From assembly GCA_947457395.1 (NCBI GenBank), contig CANGVA010000001.1:195687-259686 (forward strand): DNA of 64,000 bases, given 5' to 3'. The notes below the pieces were generated by a model. The model had not been told where the DNA came from. It worked only from the letters and a program-made list of their open reading frames with translations, and searched no databases. Shown in pieces: positions 19,501 to 28,405 of this stretch. Positions within the stretch are counted from its first letter, which is position 1. Every line of letters begins with the position of its first letter. This stretch comes from Bacteroidota bacterium. Lineage in GTDB: Bacteria > Bacteroidota > Bacteroidia > UKL13-3. The translations under genes and the position numbers were made by a program.

Positions 19501-20669
19501 GTCCAGTTTTTATTGTCTCTTCTTGAAGCTTCAGCCATGTCGGCAAAACCTACCACGTCTCTTGAGTTATCAAAGGCTCCTGTGCGGTTGGTCACCCAAA
19601 CTTCTACACGGTTAATAATTACAGGCGAACCAATGATTGGGAGGTTAGATAGCCACTGATCATAGTTATCACGGAAATAATGTGACAGAAAGAAGTGGCG
19701 GTTCATATCATAATTGTCTCCTTGTATATCAAAACGGGTTGATTGCGCACCGCCTTGTATTTCTGTTTCGGTTGTTCTACCTCTTTGCTGAGTAAAAATG
19801 GAGGTTAGCGTAAGCTTACCAAACTGCATAACGGATTTTACACCAAACAAACTTTGGCTACCCTGGATTAGTGAAGAGTTAAGCGGTAGGCTTACGTTGC
19901 CTAGTTCAATTCTTTTAATAATGTCATCATCCTTACCTGTATAATCTAGCTTTATCTGGTTTTCAAAATCAAATGTGGCTTCGGTATCATAATTCAGATT
20001 CACCTTCATCCGATCGCCAATACTACCTTGCACACTTAGCTGTATCTTTTGTCTAAAGTCAAATTGACCAACGGTTTGCTGCTGTGGTGCAAAAGCCGGA
20101 TTTTTAACCGTATTAAAATTACCTGCAAAAATGAGTTCTGCAGTTCCTCTTGGTCTTATATCAATTACGCCACTACCAAATATGCGTTCAAAAATTTTGG
20201 GACCAATTTTAAGAGGAGGGATGATGCCGCTACCACTTGCCATATTATTTGCCTGAGCGCGTTGCCTGAAGTACTCACGATTTTGTCTGTTGTTTTCTGC
20301 TCTCAGTTGCTCAGCAATGCTAACCGAAGCGGGCATCCGGTACTCAGAATTACCTATATATGAAGAATAGTTGTAGCGATTTTCAGCGGAATCAAGGGAA
20401 TATTTCTCTGTAATATTAGAAGGCTCTGATAAATCAAGTGGATGTCTTCTGGAGGTACGTTCAAGCGGATCACGGTCTTTTATAGGAAACTTAAGTGGCT
20501 TTCGGGTGCTGTCTTGGGCAGTAGAATCGGGAGGAAGCGCTATTTTGAAGTCGCGTTTATAATGGCTAATTCCAGGTACAACAGCAGACGTAACACCGCA
20601 CACCAGCGTGATAACGAAGGCAACAGCAGTTGAAACTGATATGTACTTAAATCCCGATTTACTTGACAA
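13509..20669 (-). CDS. sprA: Cell-surface protein SprA (gliding-motility protein, the T9SS outer-membrane translocon), 2386 aa
   Basis: Size, signal anchor, beta-rich composition and an internal Lys/Glu-rich low-complexity segment fit SprA. Flanked by ruvA and a CTD cargo gene, as in other Bacteroidota. Confidence 0.9.
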   Translation of the reverse strand: MSSKSGFKYISVSTAVAFVITLVCGVTSAVVPGISHYKRDFKIALPPDSTAQDSTRKPLKFPIKDRDPLERTSRRHPLDLSEPSNITEKYSLDSAENRYNYSSYIGNSEYRMPASVSIAEQLRAENNRQNREYFRQRAQANNMASGSGIIPPLKIGPKIFERIFGSGVIDIRPRGTAELIFAGNFNTVKNPAFAPQQQTVGQFDFRQKIQLSVQGSIGDRMKVNLNYDTEATFDFENQIKLDYTGKDDDIIKRIELGNVSLPLNSSLIQGSQSLFGVKSVMQFGKLTLTSIFTQQRGRTTETEIQGGAQSTRFDIQGDNYDMNRHFFLSHYFRDNYDQWLSNLPIIGSPVIINRVEVWVTNRTGAFDNSRDVVGFADMAEASRRDNKNWTVNPNPFDTFPNNVTNSLYDYLLGRSIATNKDALRSAFEVQNQLLRDQNQTKLQPISQYQMISYARLLSANEYTVNPRLGYISLNQTLNNDDVLCVAFEYTLNGKVYKVGEFTTDVPVNAQQPNVLYTKMLKGPSLRPDLPIWDLMMKNIYSLGTFGVQQKDFRLNIIYADDPSGADLNYIPAQNEPSLSGVPLVSVFNLDNLNTQQERAPDGLFDFIEGVTINTQQGRIIFPMVEPFGTYLQRKFVNDPSRARYYCFFELYDSTRFAAIQLPQYNKFFLRGSYQGQSTNEISLNSTNVPRGSVRVTANGAPLTENVDFTVDYNIGRVRIINTGLLNSGAIIKVSSESNSLFSIQQKTLMGSRFDYKVNRDFLMGGTVLWLNERPLTPKVNLNEEPISNVMIGLDGSYKTESRLITKLVDALPFIETKEKSDLTLSAEYAHLFPGVQGALAQGGTAYLDDFEGSETQIDLRGTNNWVLASTPQGQPDLFPEGNLLNDLAYGYRRAQLSWYSIPTNFYQEGNPFRPAEITDEELSNHRVRQIFVNEVYPSRQIQQGMPQNIATLDLAFYPKERGAFNYTISGLNADGTLKDPRNNWGGLMRKIDQNDFEAANIDYIEIWMLDPYLSNPNQNDRGQLYINLGNISEDVLRDNRKAAENGLPRANDLSLIVDTTVWGRVTRQPVINYAFDADPASREIQDVGLDGLNDDAERLHFSNNYLQQVANLYGTSSVAYQQANLDPSKDNFQFYLGVSSPSILERFRYFSNTQGNSPVSTASPPPVATNVPDMEDINRDYTLNDIEEYYQYRIDISKERLVVGQNYVTDSVVTTVRLENGTSEQVTWYQLKVPIREYEKQVGQILDFKSIRFMRVFMRGFEEEMMLRFGAFQLVRADWRKYLGNLEEGKENKPSDPDDETKFVVSTVNIEENRFRVPIPYITPPGIQRELDFSAPQAIQQNEQSLSVQVCNLKDADARGVFKNVTNVDLRRYGKLRMFIHAEGTSLNDGDLTAFVRLGTDLTNNYYEYEIPLKASMLGDASASNIWPSENEMVLELEELINTKIQRTNANHPFTAVYTRNLGNNRKIRVVGLPDLSNLRVMMLGVRNPRAFPGSNDDGLPKCAEVWFNEMRATEFNNNGGWAATARAQIKLADFGNVQLAGNMTTVGFGGIDKKINERTFDDTYQYDVQGSFELGKFLPKNLGLSIPVFLSYGNTLVRPFYNPLNPDTRLQKEIDETTDEDRRNRIARAADDFTARRSLNFTNVRKNRIGASKPHLWDIENFNFTYSFSETFRRNQTMEYYILQNYRSISAYQYSFSPKPWEPFSKLIKSKQLTLLKDFNLFFLPQAWGARVETDRRYGVTINRNNDNPNTIIQPLYDKMFTMTRYYEFSYSLSKSIRVDYNATALARVDEPLGQIDENTPSKRDSMWNNFWNGGRLMQFDQAIRFNYNIPLNKIQQLNFISQSAYSYTVNYQWKQAPPAADSLGNTISNAKTEAWNFNLNMSLLYNKWKFLRDINNPAKKTARKPAEEEEEKKKPNKKDSKTKKKKEDNSPKNYSPLVSIPIKLITSLKNLTFAHTTNRGVVLPGFKTRPQYLGQNFDNDGPGFDFILAMQDPNYRYRAAENGWLSNDPRITNFYTEDFRENITGRATLEPITDFRIELNMQSQRSLQTSVLFRYDSIQKQFVDVNVPTQTGNYSISYNALGTAFTNPEEAFKRFQENRIIIANRLGQNPEQPGGGADSTGFPRGYSRASQEVLIPAFLAAYGGEDAAAIGLTPFPKIPDLNWRITYNGLTKIEMIKEYASNITISNQYTSSYNVGAFQTILPGDTNAAPNFTGDYASKYQIRQISITERWGPFLGIDITFVNNIQAKVEYKKDRTLNFTLTNGQLNEQTGSEWVVGAGYRASNLAIPLLGGNGRRLVLENEVNFRIDFSIRNNITKIRYLDRESNDPVQGQVIYDLKPQIDYNFNEKLMMRIFYSYRRTDPATSNSFPTIIQSGGISLRYTIQ

Positions 20670-20684
20670 AGTAAAGTTGCGCCA

Positions 20685-21269
20685 TCAAAGAATTTTTAGG
20701 GTGTTTTTGACTAATTGTTCAACCGTATAATCGGGATTCTGCTGTTTAATTTTGGTTAGCCCTTTTTCTGCCTCAGCTTTGCTAAAACCAAGCATTACTA
20801 ATGCCGAAAGGGCTTCTTCCATTAATGTATTTTTTTCGGTTGCAAAACTGAAACCTTCCGCAGACTCAACCTTTTTCATTTTATTTTTTAAATCAATCAC
20901 CACTTTCTGAGCCGTTTTTTCACCGATGCCTTTCACCGTTTTTATTAACGCCCAGTTTCCGGTGCTTATTGCCTGCTTAATATCTAACGGTTTTAGTGAA
21001 GAGAGCATGAGCCTGGCAGTATTGGTGCCTACCCCACTCACTGATATGAGCTGCTTAAAAAGGGTCCGTTCCTCCTCATCCGCAAAACCGTATAATATAT
21101 GAGCATCTTCCTTAATGATGAGGCAAGTAAGAACTTTAACCTTCTCACTATCAGCTATTTTCTCAAAAGTATTGAGAGAAATATTTACCTCATAGCCAAC
21201 ACCGGAGCACTCTACCACTAAATAGGTGGGTGTTTTTTCTACCAGTTTTCCTTCCAGATGAGCAATCAA
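20685..21269 (-). CDS. ruvA: Holliday junction branch-migration protein RuvA
   Basis: N-terminus MIAHLEGKLVEKTPTYLVVECSGVGYEV matches the RuvA OB domain. HhH motifs GVGTNTA and GIGEKTA are present. Only 15 nt separate it from the sprA start. Confidence 0.9.
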   Translation of the reverse strand: MIAHLEGKLVEKTPTYLVVECSGVGYEVNISLNTFEKIADSEKVKVLTCLIIKEDAHILYGFADEEERTLFKQLISVSGVGTNTARLMLSSLKPLDIKQAISTGNWALIKTVKGIGEKTAQKVVIDLKNKMKKVESAEGFSFATEKNTLMEEALSALVMLGFSKAEAEKGLTKIKQQNPDYTVEQLVKNTLKIL

Positions 21270-21346
21270 AGTCTTATAAATGGATTAAAATAAGTCTGCT
21301 AAAATAAGAAATGTTTGTAATTTTGTGTGCGCTATAATTAATCAAA

Positions 21347-21679
21347 ATGAAATATTTCAGGCTGATTTTCAGTATGTATTTGTTGCTAGTGGGGACAAAC
21401 GCCCTTGCTTCACATAAAATCGTAAGGCAAAACACACCACAAGATGGTTATTATGAACAGAAACATGCCAACGGTAAAATTGCTGAAAGGGGTTATTATA
21501 AGAATGGCCTAAAGCACCGAGTATGGTCTATTTATAACGAATATGGCCTGCGTATTAAAACTGAAAAATGGAAAGCCGGTGTATTGGTTTGGCAAGTATT
21601 TTACAACGCTAGGGGCCGTGCAATTAAAACCATTGATAAAAATGGTATTGTAAAGGAATTGTCAGGTTGTGGATGCTGA
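21347..21679 (+). CDS. Small secreted MORN-repeat protein (named 'YwqK family antitoxin'-like in databases; function unknown)
   Basis: Signal peptide plus a repeated GxYxxKxxNG pattern (YYEQKHANGKIAERGYYKNGLKHRVW). Confidence 0.5.
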   Translation: MKYFRLIFSMYLLLVGTNALASHKIVRQNTPQDGYYEQKHANGKIAERGYYKNGLKHRVWSIYNEYGLRIKTEKWKAGVLVWQVFYNARGRAIKTIDKNGIVKELSGCGC

Positions 21680-21735
21680 GTACTACTAATCAATATGGGT
21701 TATCTTTATCTGACCTTTGGTTTAATTAGCATCCA

Positions 21736-22380
21736 ATGAATACTTCAGCTGATTTGTATTTTGCAGATGGTTGCGGTCGGTGCAAATTTGGTGGCACACC
21801 GCAATGTAAAGTAAATACATGGCGCGGTGCCCTTCTGCATATGCGTGAAGTACTGCATATGTTGGGCCTGCATGAAACCTGTAAATGGGGTGTACCTTGC
21901 TATGTGTACCGTGATAAAAATATTTTGCTACTTACTGCATTCAAGGATCATGCCGCCTTAAATTTTTTTAACGGGGCATCATTAACCGATGCGCATAATT
22001 TGCTGCAAAAAGCAGGAGTGCATTCACAGGGAGGAAGAATCTATAGATTTAAAAGAGTTGAAGAAATTAATAAACATAAACCGGCTATTATTAAACTTAT
22101 CAAAGAGGCAATGAATCAGGCAGAGGTGGGTAATATACCGTTAGCTAATCCTGCAACAATAAATTTACCGGATGAATTAGTAAATGTATTTAAAGAAAAT
22201 CCCTCTTTGGAAAAGGCTTTTTATGCATTAACACCCGGCAGGCAACGTGCATATCTCATTTATTTTACCGGTGCCAAACAAACTGCAACTAGGCTGGCAA
22301 GGATTGAAAAGTATATACCGCAAATTATAAAGGGAATTGGCTTTCATGACGGATATAAAAAAGCCGGACGGCATAAGTAA
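21736..22380 (+). CDS. YdeI/OmpD-associated family protein (DUF1801 N-terminal domain plus OmdA C-terminal domain)
   Basis: The C-terminal LTPGRQRAYLIYFTGAKQTATRLARIEK is typical of the OmdA/YdeI domain. Confidence 0.55.
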   Translation: MNTSADLYFADGCGRCKFGGTPQCKVNTWRGALLHMREVLHMLGLHETCKWGVPCYVYRDKNILLLTAFKDHAALNFFNGASLTDAHNLLQKAGVHSQGGRIYRFKRVEEINKHKPAIIKLIKEAMNQAEVGNIPLANPATINLPDELVNVFKENPSLEKAFYALTPGRQRAYLIYFTGAKQTATRLARIEKYIPQIIKGIGFHDGYKKAGRHK

Positions 22381-22402
22381 CTTTAGTAACAAACCAATTG
22401 GT

Positions 22403-22966
22403 CTACACGTTTCTTTCAATGTAATCTATTAGGGAATGAATACATTTGATATGAATTTCCTGTGCACGATCAGCGAATGGGCTATGCGGAGCGCGGATTT
22501 CGGCATCACATAATCCAGCCATTTTTCCTCCGTCTTTTCCTGTAAGGCCTACTATTTTCATTCCTTTTTTTCTGGCAGCCTCAATGGCATGAATAATATT
22601 TTTTGAATTACCACTTGTTGAGATGGCCAACAGCACATCACCTTCATTGCCTACCGCTTCAAGATAACGGCTGAAAACAAAATCATAACCATAATCATTA
22701 CCTACGCAGGCAATATGTGATGGATCGGAGATCGAAATGGCAGCCAAAGCAGGTCTGTTGTCTCTGTATCTGCCTGTAAGTTCTTCGGCAAAGTGCATGG
22801 CATCACACATGCTGCCTCCATTGCCACAGCTGATAATTTTTTTCCCTGCTTTTAAAGCATTTGTCATTAGCTGACCGGCTAACTCAAGCGATTCAAAATT
22901 TTTATCATCGGCCAAAAACCTATTTAATACATCCTGTGCTTCTGTGAAATGTTGTTTTATACTCAT
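22403..22966 (-). CDS. gmhA: D-sedoheptulose 7-phosphate isomerase (SIS domain, GmhA)
   Basis: SIS signature [18 protein letters not shown]...[12 protein letters not shown]. Length 187 aa. Confidence 0.8.
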   Translation of the reverse strand: MSIKQHFTEAQDVLNRFLADDKNFESLELAGQLMTNALKAGKKIISCGNGGSMCDAMHFAEELTGRYRDNRPALAAISISDPSHIACVGNDYGYDFVFSRYLEAVGNEGDVLLAISTSGNSKNIIHAIEAARKKGMKIVGLTGKDGGKMAGLCDAEIRAPHSPFADRAQEIHIKCIHSLIDYIERNV

Positions 22967-22979
22967 TTTCTTTGAATGT

Positions 22980-25064
22980 TTAATTTAAATGAAAAGCATT
23001 TTTCCCCTTATCCAGGAACTCAATAAACCTTTGCTCATTGGTATCAAAAAATGTAGGTCCTGATAGTTGGTTCTCATCTGCATCAATAACCACATACTGT
23101 GGTTGTGCAGAGAAATTGTATTTGCTTATTTGTAAATCCTGATTTTGTTCGCCAATTGTTTTTTTGATTTTGCCATCTCGTGGCGAAGTGTACCATTCAC
23201 TCTCGGGCAACTCCTTTCTTTCATCTGCATATAGTGATACAACGATAAAATCATTTTGTAAACGCTTTAATACTTCCGGCTTGGCCCACACGTATTCTTC
23301 CATTTTACGGCAGTTTACACAAGCATGCCCAGTAAAGTCAATAAAGATGGGCTTATTTTGTTTGCGTGATTCTTCTAACGCTTGTTTATAATCAAAGTAG
23401 CCGGTTAAACCATGCGGCAAGTGCAGAAAATCTGCATGTTTTATTTGTGTGTTAGGTGTTGTATGTGCAGGAGTTGTTGCAGTGCTAGCTCCTAAAACAA
23501 AATCCTGTGTTTGCATGGGTGGCAGCAAGCCTGAGAGGCCTTTGAGCGGTGCACCAAATAACCCCGGAATCATATAAACGCCAAAGCAAAAAGAAAGCAG
23601 GGCCAGGGCAAATCGTGGCACACTTACATAGGGCAAATCACTATCGTGGCTAAATTTAATTTTACCCAGCAAGTACATGCCTAATAAAAACGCCAGTACA
23701 ATCCATATGCTCAGATAAATTTCACGGTCAAGGATACCCCAGTGGTAAACCACATCTGCAGTTGATAAAAACTTAAATGCAAATGCAATTTCAATAAATC
23801 CTAAAACTACCTTTACTGAGTTTAACCAGCCTCCTGATTTGGGTAAACTGCTTAAAAAACTTGGGAAAATGGCAAACAAGGTAAACGGTAATGCCAAACC
23901 AAACCCAAACGCAGCCATACCTAAAAGCGGTTTCATAAACTTACCGCCAACCGCTTCAATCAATAAACTTCCTACAATTGGGCCGGTGCAACTAAAGGAT
24001 ACCAATACCAATGTAAAAGCCATAAAAAATAAGCCTGCAAAATTACCCATGCTTGATTTTGCATCAACTTTATTTACCAATTGGTGTGGTAGGGTAATTT
24101 CAAACAAACCCAGAAAGGAAGCTGCAAAGACCATGAAGATGATAAAGAACAAAATATTGGGCAACCAATGTGTGCTGAGCCAGTTGCCAAAATCAGGGCC
24201 TAAACCAAAAAATGCAAAAACTAAACCAAGTGATGCATAAATTCCGATTATGGAAAGACCAAAAGTGGTTGCTCTAACTGCAGCCTGGCTCTTGGTTTCG
24301 CTCTTCTTTGAAAAAAATCCGGCTGTCATGGGTAGCATAGGAAAAACGCATGGTGTTGCAACAGCTACAAGCCCTGCTATAAATGCAAGAAATAGAAAGG
24401 TAAATAGGCTTTCTTTTGGTTGCGTATCTGCTTTTGCAGTAAGTTGTTCTGTAGAATCGGTAGCTGCATTTAAAGAGGATGATGAATCACTGCCGGTTTG
24501 AGAAGCATCCGTGATTGCCGAATCATTTTGCGTGTTTTGGTTACCGGGTGTTTCATCTGAATGTATGACTTTAAAAACATCTTTTACTTCATATTCCTGA
24601 TCGAAAGGGGGCATGCAAACACCTGTAATCTCTGAGCACTCCTGAAAATAGAGCGACACTTTGATATTAGGCTTATCAGATAAAATCTTAACTTTTTGTT
24701 TAAAAATGGCTTTACCTGTAAAGACAGAAACAGTTCCATTCCATACTTCTTCAAAATGCTTTTTGGAGCCTATGGGTATAGTTTTACCTATTAGCTCATA
24801 AGAGGCATCTTTCTTAAAATTAATTTCGGCAACAATAGGTCCAAGATTTGGATCAAAATCATTGGAATACATATACCAATCTTTTTCAATTATGCTGGTA
24901 AGTGTAAGTGTTAACTCGTCACCAACTTTCACCTCTTTTTTATCAGTGGCAATGGTCCATTTAGGAGTTTCTTTTAAAACAGAAGGCTGGTTGGTATGCA
25001 GTTGCGCATGGTTTGAGTATGAAAAATATAGGGTTGCAACAAGCAAGAAAAAATAACGCATCAT
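22980..25064 (-). CDS. dsbD: Thiol:disulfide interchange protein DsbD (protein-disulfide reductase)
   Basis: N-terminal periplasmic domain, central polytopic DsbD core with many hydrophobic segments, and a C-terminal thioredoxin-like domain with CVNC. Confidence 0.85.
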   Translation of the reverse strand: MMRYFFLLVATLYFSYSNHAQLHTNQPSVLKETPKWTIATDKKEVKVGDELTLTLTSIIEKDWYMYSNDFDPNLGPIVAEINFKKDASYELIGKTIPIGSKKHFEEVWNGTVSVFTGKAIFKQKVKILSDKPNIKVSLYFQECSEITGVCMPPFDQEYEVKDVFKVIHSDETPGNQNTQNDSAITDASQTGSDSSSSLNAATDSTEQLTAKADTQPKESLFTFLFLAFIAGLVAVATPCVFPMLPMTAGFFSKKSETKSQAAVRATTFGLSIIGIYASLGLVFAFFGLGPDFGNWLSTHWLPNILFFIIFMVFAASFLGLFEITLPHQLVNKVDAKSSMGNFAGLFFMAFTLVLVSFSCTGPIVGSLLIEAVGGKFMKPLLGMAAFGFGLALPFTLFAIFPSFLSSLPKSGGWLNSVKVVLGFIEIAFAFKFLSTADVVYHWGILDREIYLSIWIVLAFLLGMYLLGKIKFSHDSDLPYVSVPRFALALLSFCFGVYMIPGLFGAPLKGLSGLLPPMQTQDFVLGASTATTPAHTTPNTQIKHADFLHLPHGLTGYFDYKQALEESRKQNKPIFIDFTGHACVNCRKMEEYVWAKPEVLKRLQNDFIVVSLYADERKELPESEWYTSPRDGKIKKTIGEQNQDLQISKYNFSAQPQYVVIDADENQLSGPTFFDTNEQRFIEFLDKGKNAFHLN

Positions 25065-25147
25065 GTTTGTATAATTTGCAGGTACTTAACGAGCAAATTT
25101 AGAATATAATATTAGAAACCAAAGGTAAATGGAATGTGGAGTGCTAC

Positions 25148-25369
25148 TTAGAGGGACTGTTCATTCTGCGGTTGTTCTTGCTCAATAGATTCTCTTTCAC
25201 GCATTTTCCGAAAGATGTATTTCAAAAACTGGTCGGTAACAATCATAATAGCTACCAGTGTTATTAAGGAAATATAAAGGTATAGTAGCTCATTGTTCAA
25301 GCCAGTACCGAAACCTCCTGCCTGTGCCGAAAAGGGAAGTATGGCAAGTAGTGTGATGTACTTTTTCAT
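25148..25369 (-). CDS. Possible small membrane protein (73 aa) downstream of dsbD
   Basis: Signal-like N-terminus MKKYITLLAILPFSAQA followed by one TM segment. No homology was recognised. It overlaps only the unused upstream extension of the next plus-strand ORF. Confidence 0.3.
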   Translation of the reverse strand: MKKYITLLAILPFSAQAGGFGTGLNNELLYLYISLITLVAIMIVTDQFLKYIFRKMRERESIEQEQPQNEQSL

Positions 25370-25481
25370 AAGCAGAGATTTTTATAAAGGTAAGTTAATT
25401 TTGAATAAAAAACTATACAGATGTGGGAAATCAAGCATTGAATATCATCGGCTTATGTTCAGACTGGCCTATTTTCGTGGC

Positions 25482-27089
25482 ATGAAGAAGTGTTTTATCC
25501 TGGCTGCATTATTTCTGGTTTCAATACTTGTATTTGCTCAGCCTGTTCCTACCCCTGAGTTTCCGTTTAAAATGACGGTGCAGCAATACCTGGAAAAATA
25601 TGCACCCATCGCAGTAGAAGAAATGCATCGCAGCCGCATCCCAGCAAGCATTACCCTTGCGCAGGGCTTGTTAGAGTCGGGCAATGGAAACAGCCGATTA
25701 GCTATTGTTGGCAATAACCACTTTGGTATAAAATGTAAAAAAGACTGGCAAGGTGAAACATTGAATGAAGATGATGATGCCCCGCAAGAGTGTTTCAGAA
25801 AATACAAAGCTCCAATCGATTCTTACCGTGATCATTCTGAATTTTTGAGAAAAAGCCCACGATATGCTTTTTTATTTGACCTGGAATTAACTGATTATAA
25901 AAGTTGGGCGCATGGCCTTAAAAAAGCAGGATATGCCACCAATCCAAAATACGGTGATATCCTAATTGCCACTATCGAGAAAAATAATCTTCAACGATAT
26001 GATTTACTGAAACCCGATGCGCAAGAAGAACAAAAAATAGTTGAAGAGAAAAAAGAATTTATTGCAGAGCATAAAAATCTGATTATAAATAATATTCCCG
26101 CTATGGTTGCCAAATCAACTGATAGCTACACGAGTATTGCACTTGAACATGATATGCGTGTTTGGCAAATTTATAAATACAATGATTTGAATAAAACGGC
26201 TCAGATTAACAAGGGCGATACCATTTACCTGAAACCTAAAAATTACAAATCCCTCACCCAAGAGTTTCACATCCTGCAGCCTTGGGAAACCATGCATACA
26301 GTGGCGCAACGCTATGGCATAAAATTAAGCAAGCTACGCGCAAAAAATTTATTGAAAGAAGGGCAGGAAGCAGCAATGGGTGAAACTATTTACCTGCGCG
26401 ATAAACGAAAACAGGCACCTTTAATAAAGCCACCGCTTGCAGTTGCTGTGCCGGTTGATACCATATATAACAATGAGGTTTATGATGATCCAAAGAAAAA
26501 TATTGAAACCTCGGGGCCTGTTGTTCCGCATGATCCCTATAGTTTGGAAGAGCATGGAATAAAAGAAGATATGGCATTTTTTCATACGGTACAGATTGGA
26601 GAAACAATCTTTTCTATTGCTAAAAAATATAATGTGCAGGTTGAGGGTATTCGCAGTTTAAATAATATCCGCGGTGAGCAGATAAAAGCTGGCGATAAGC
26701 TCATCATCAATCCCAATCAGCCTGCTATTATTCCGAAGGAAGAAGCAGTAGTGCCCGGCTATCATGAAGTGCAAACCAGAGAGACCTTATACAGTATTGC
26801 CCGCAGATATAATATTACCGTTGCCGAACTAAAGGCACTGAATGATTTGACAGGCGATACTATAAAGGTTGGCGAGGAGTTAGTAGTTATTCCGTTAAAT
26901 GGCGAAAAACCTGCTGAAGAGAAAGTAACCGACAATACATCTGATGAGCCGATTTATCATACAGTTAAGGAGAAAGAAACTTTGTACTCCATTGGCAGAA
27001 AATATGGTGTGAGCCCGGAAGAGTTGCGCACGCTGAATAACCTGATAGATAATACCATTGCTGTAGGTCAGCAAATGCGTGTGCGATGA
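25482..27089 (+). CDS. Peptidoglycan hydrolase: a mannosyl-glycoprotein endo-beta-N-acetylglucosaminidase domain followed by four LysM repeats
   Basis: Glucosaminidase signature ITLAQGLLESGNGNSRLAIVGNNHFGIKC. Four YHTV-x-ET-LYSIA-x-Y-type LysM units. Start set at the ATG at 25482 in front of the signal peptide MKKCFILAALFLVSILVFAQ; the longest ORF starts at 25293. Confidence 0.8.
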   Translation: MKKCFILAALFLVSILVFAQPVPTPEFPFKMTVQQYLEKYAPIAVEEMHRSRIPASITLAQGLLESGNGNSRLAIVGNNHFGIKCKKDWQGETLNEDDDAPQECFRKYKAPIDSYRDHSEFLRKSPRYAFLFDLELTDYKSWAHGLKKAGYATNPKYGDILIATIEKNNLQRYDLLKPDAQEEQKIVEEKKEFIAEHKNLIINNIPAMVAKSTDSYTSIALEHDMRVWQIYKYNDLNKTAQINKGDTIYLKPKNYKSLTQEFHILQPWETMHTVAQRYGIKLSKLRAKNLLKEGQEAAMGETIYLRDKRKQAPLIKPPLAVAVPVDTIYNNEVYDDPKKNIETSGPVVPHDPYSLEEHGIKEDMAFFHTVQIGETIFSIAKKYNVQVEGIRSLNNIRGEQIKAGDKLIINPNQPAIIPKEEAVVPGYHEVQTRETLYSIARRYNITVAELKALNDLTGDTIKVGEELVVIPLNGEKPAEEKVTDNTSDEPIYHTVKEKETLYSIGRKYGVSPEELRTLNNLIDNTIAVGQQMRVR

Positions 27090-28405
27090 AACTGCTAAAG
27101 GAAATACCAACCAGGCTTTGGCTGTTTTTATTTGGCATTCATGCAGTTTATTTTCTTGTTGCGTACTTTTTTGGAAATATCTACACAGTTGATTCGTATG
27201 GCTATTTGCATCAGGCAGCAAATCTGTGTAACCACCACAGCTGGTATGCCGAAGACTGGCAAGCTCCCGTGCTTGTAGATTATTTTTCTTTTCGCCCACC
27301 TTTATATGCTTGCTTTATCATTTTTTGTAAATTCATTTCAGATAGCAACTTCGTTATTCTCATCATACAAAATATCATCAGTATTGCCAACCTGCTATTG
27401 TTACACAATATTTATCAGCGTTGCGGACTCGATAAAAAAAATAGCATGTATGTGTTGATGGTAGTGTTGGTTTTTTATCCGGCACAGTTTGTCCATGCCA
27501 ATCTTGTTATGACCGAAATAATCTTTCAGGGTTTATTGCTGTTGCTGTTTTACCGCACCCTCATTTTTGTGCAGTCGGTTAGGGTTATAAATGTTTGGTG
27601 GCTCAGCATGCTGCTATCTATAGCCCTCCTTACCAAACCCGTTATTATACTATTTAGCATAGCCATAGGCTTGCTCATATTTTATAGTGCCTATCAGGAA
27701 AAAAAATTGTATCTGATTTATCCTTTGTTAATGGTACCTGTAACTTTTCATCTGATATGTTTACAAAATAAACACAGCACAGGCTATTATCACTTTAGCA
27801 GTGTTAAACCTATTTTTCATTTAAAGTACAATGCCAAGTACACCTTGCTCGCAAAATTTGGAGAGTATTATGCAGACAGCACCATTAGCGCAGTGATGCA
27901 TCAAGTAAATTCAAAACCTTCCTACGGGTTGCGCTATGAGACTATGCAGCAACAGGGCAATCAAGTTATTATGCAATATCCGTTTCATTATGTCAAGCTA
28001 TTTGCTAAAGGTTGTATTGCTTTTTTTATTGATCCCGGCAGATATGATTTGTTTCACCTGTTTGGCGTGAATGATGCGGGATTTAACGGATTGTATCATG
28101 AATTTAATGTTCATGGCATAACAGCATTAAGCAACTTTGTTAAACAGGCTCCGCTGGGTTTGTTGCTCATATTATTACTTAATATATGTTGGAATATTTT
28201 GATTACCGTGTGTTTTGTATGGTTCCTCTTTTATAAAAATGCACCGATATTTTTACGAGTATTAGTTTTTGTTTTTGTAGCTTATATTGCAGTAGCCACA
28301 GGTGTTTTAGGGTTATCTAGGTACCGTGTGCCTGTTTATCCTTTAATAAGTATAGCAATGGTATTTGCATATCAGCATTTTTATCTGAGTCGAAAACATG
28401 TTTAG
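27086..28405 (+). CDS. Polytopic integral membrane protein, possibly a GT-C-type (ArnT/PMT-like) glycosyltransferase
   Basis: About 10-12 hydrophobic helices with a central soluble loop. The ATGA overlap with the upstream glucosaminidase gene suggests coupling. The functional call is weak. Confidence 0.45.
   Translation: MKLLKEIPTRLWLFLFGIHAVYFLVAYFFGNIYTVDSYGYLHQAANLCNHHSWYAEDWQAPVLVDYFSFRPPLYACFIIFCKFISDSNFVILIIQNIISIANLLLLHNIYQRCGLDKKNSMYVLMVVLVFYPAQFVHANLVMTEIIFQGLLLLLFYRTLIFVQSVRVINVWWLSMLLSIALLTKPVIILFSIAIGLLIFYSAYQEKKLYLIYPLLMVPVTFHLICLQNKHSTGYYHFSSVKPIFHLKYNAKYTLLAKFGEYYADSTISAVMHQVNSKPSYGLRYETMQQQGNQVIMQYPFHYVKLFAKGCIAFFIDPGRYDLFHLFGVNDAGFNGLYHEFNVHGITALSNFVKQAPLGLLLILLLNICWNILITVCFVWFLFYKNAPIFLRVLVFVFVAYIAVATGVLGLSRYRVPVYPLISIAMVFAYQHFYLSRKHV

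Noticed and set aside
13668-20633. About 25 plus-strand ORFs of 60-157 aa lying inside the sprA coding region, for example 15979..16452 and 16647..16983
   Set aside because: They lie antisense to a 2386-aa well-supported gene. Their translations are low-complexity, there are no signal or domain motifs, and long antisense ORFs are typical in a 7-kb gene. Treated as frame artefacts.
25293-25481. The 5' extension of the glucosaminidase ORF
   Set aside because: The signal peptide MKKCFILAALFLVSILVFAQ starts at 25482. The extension overlaps the minus-strand small ORF 25148..25369 and has no signal peptide.
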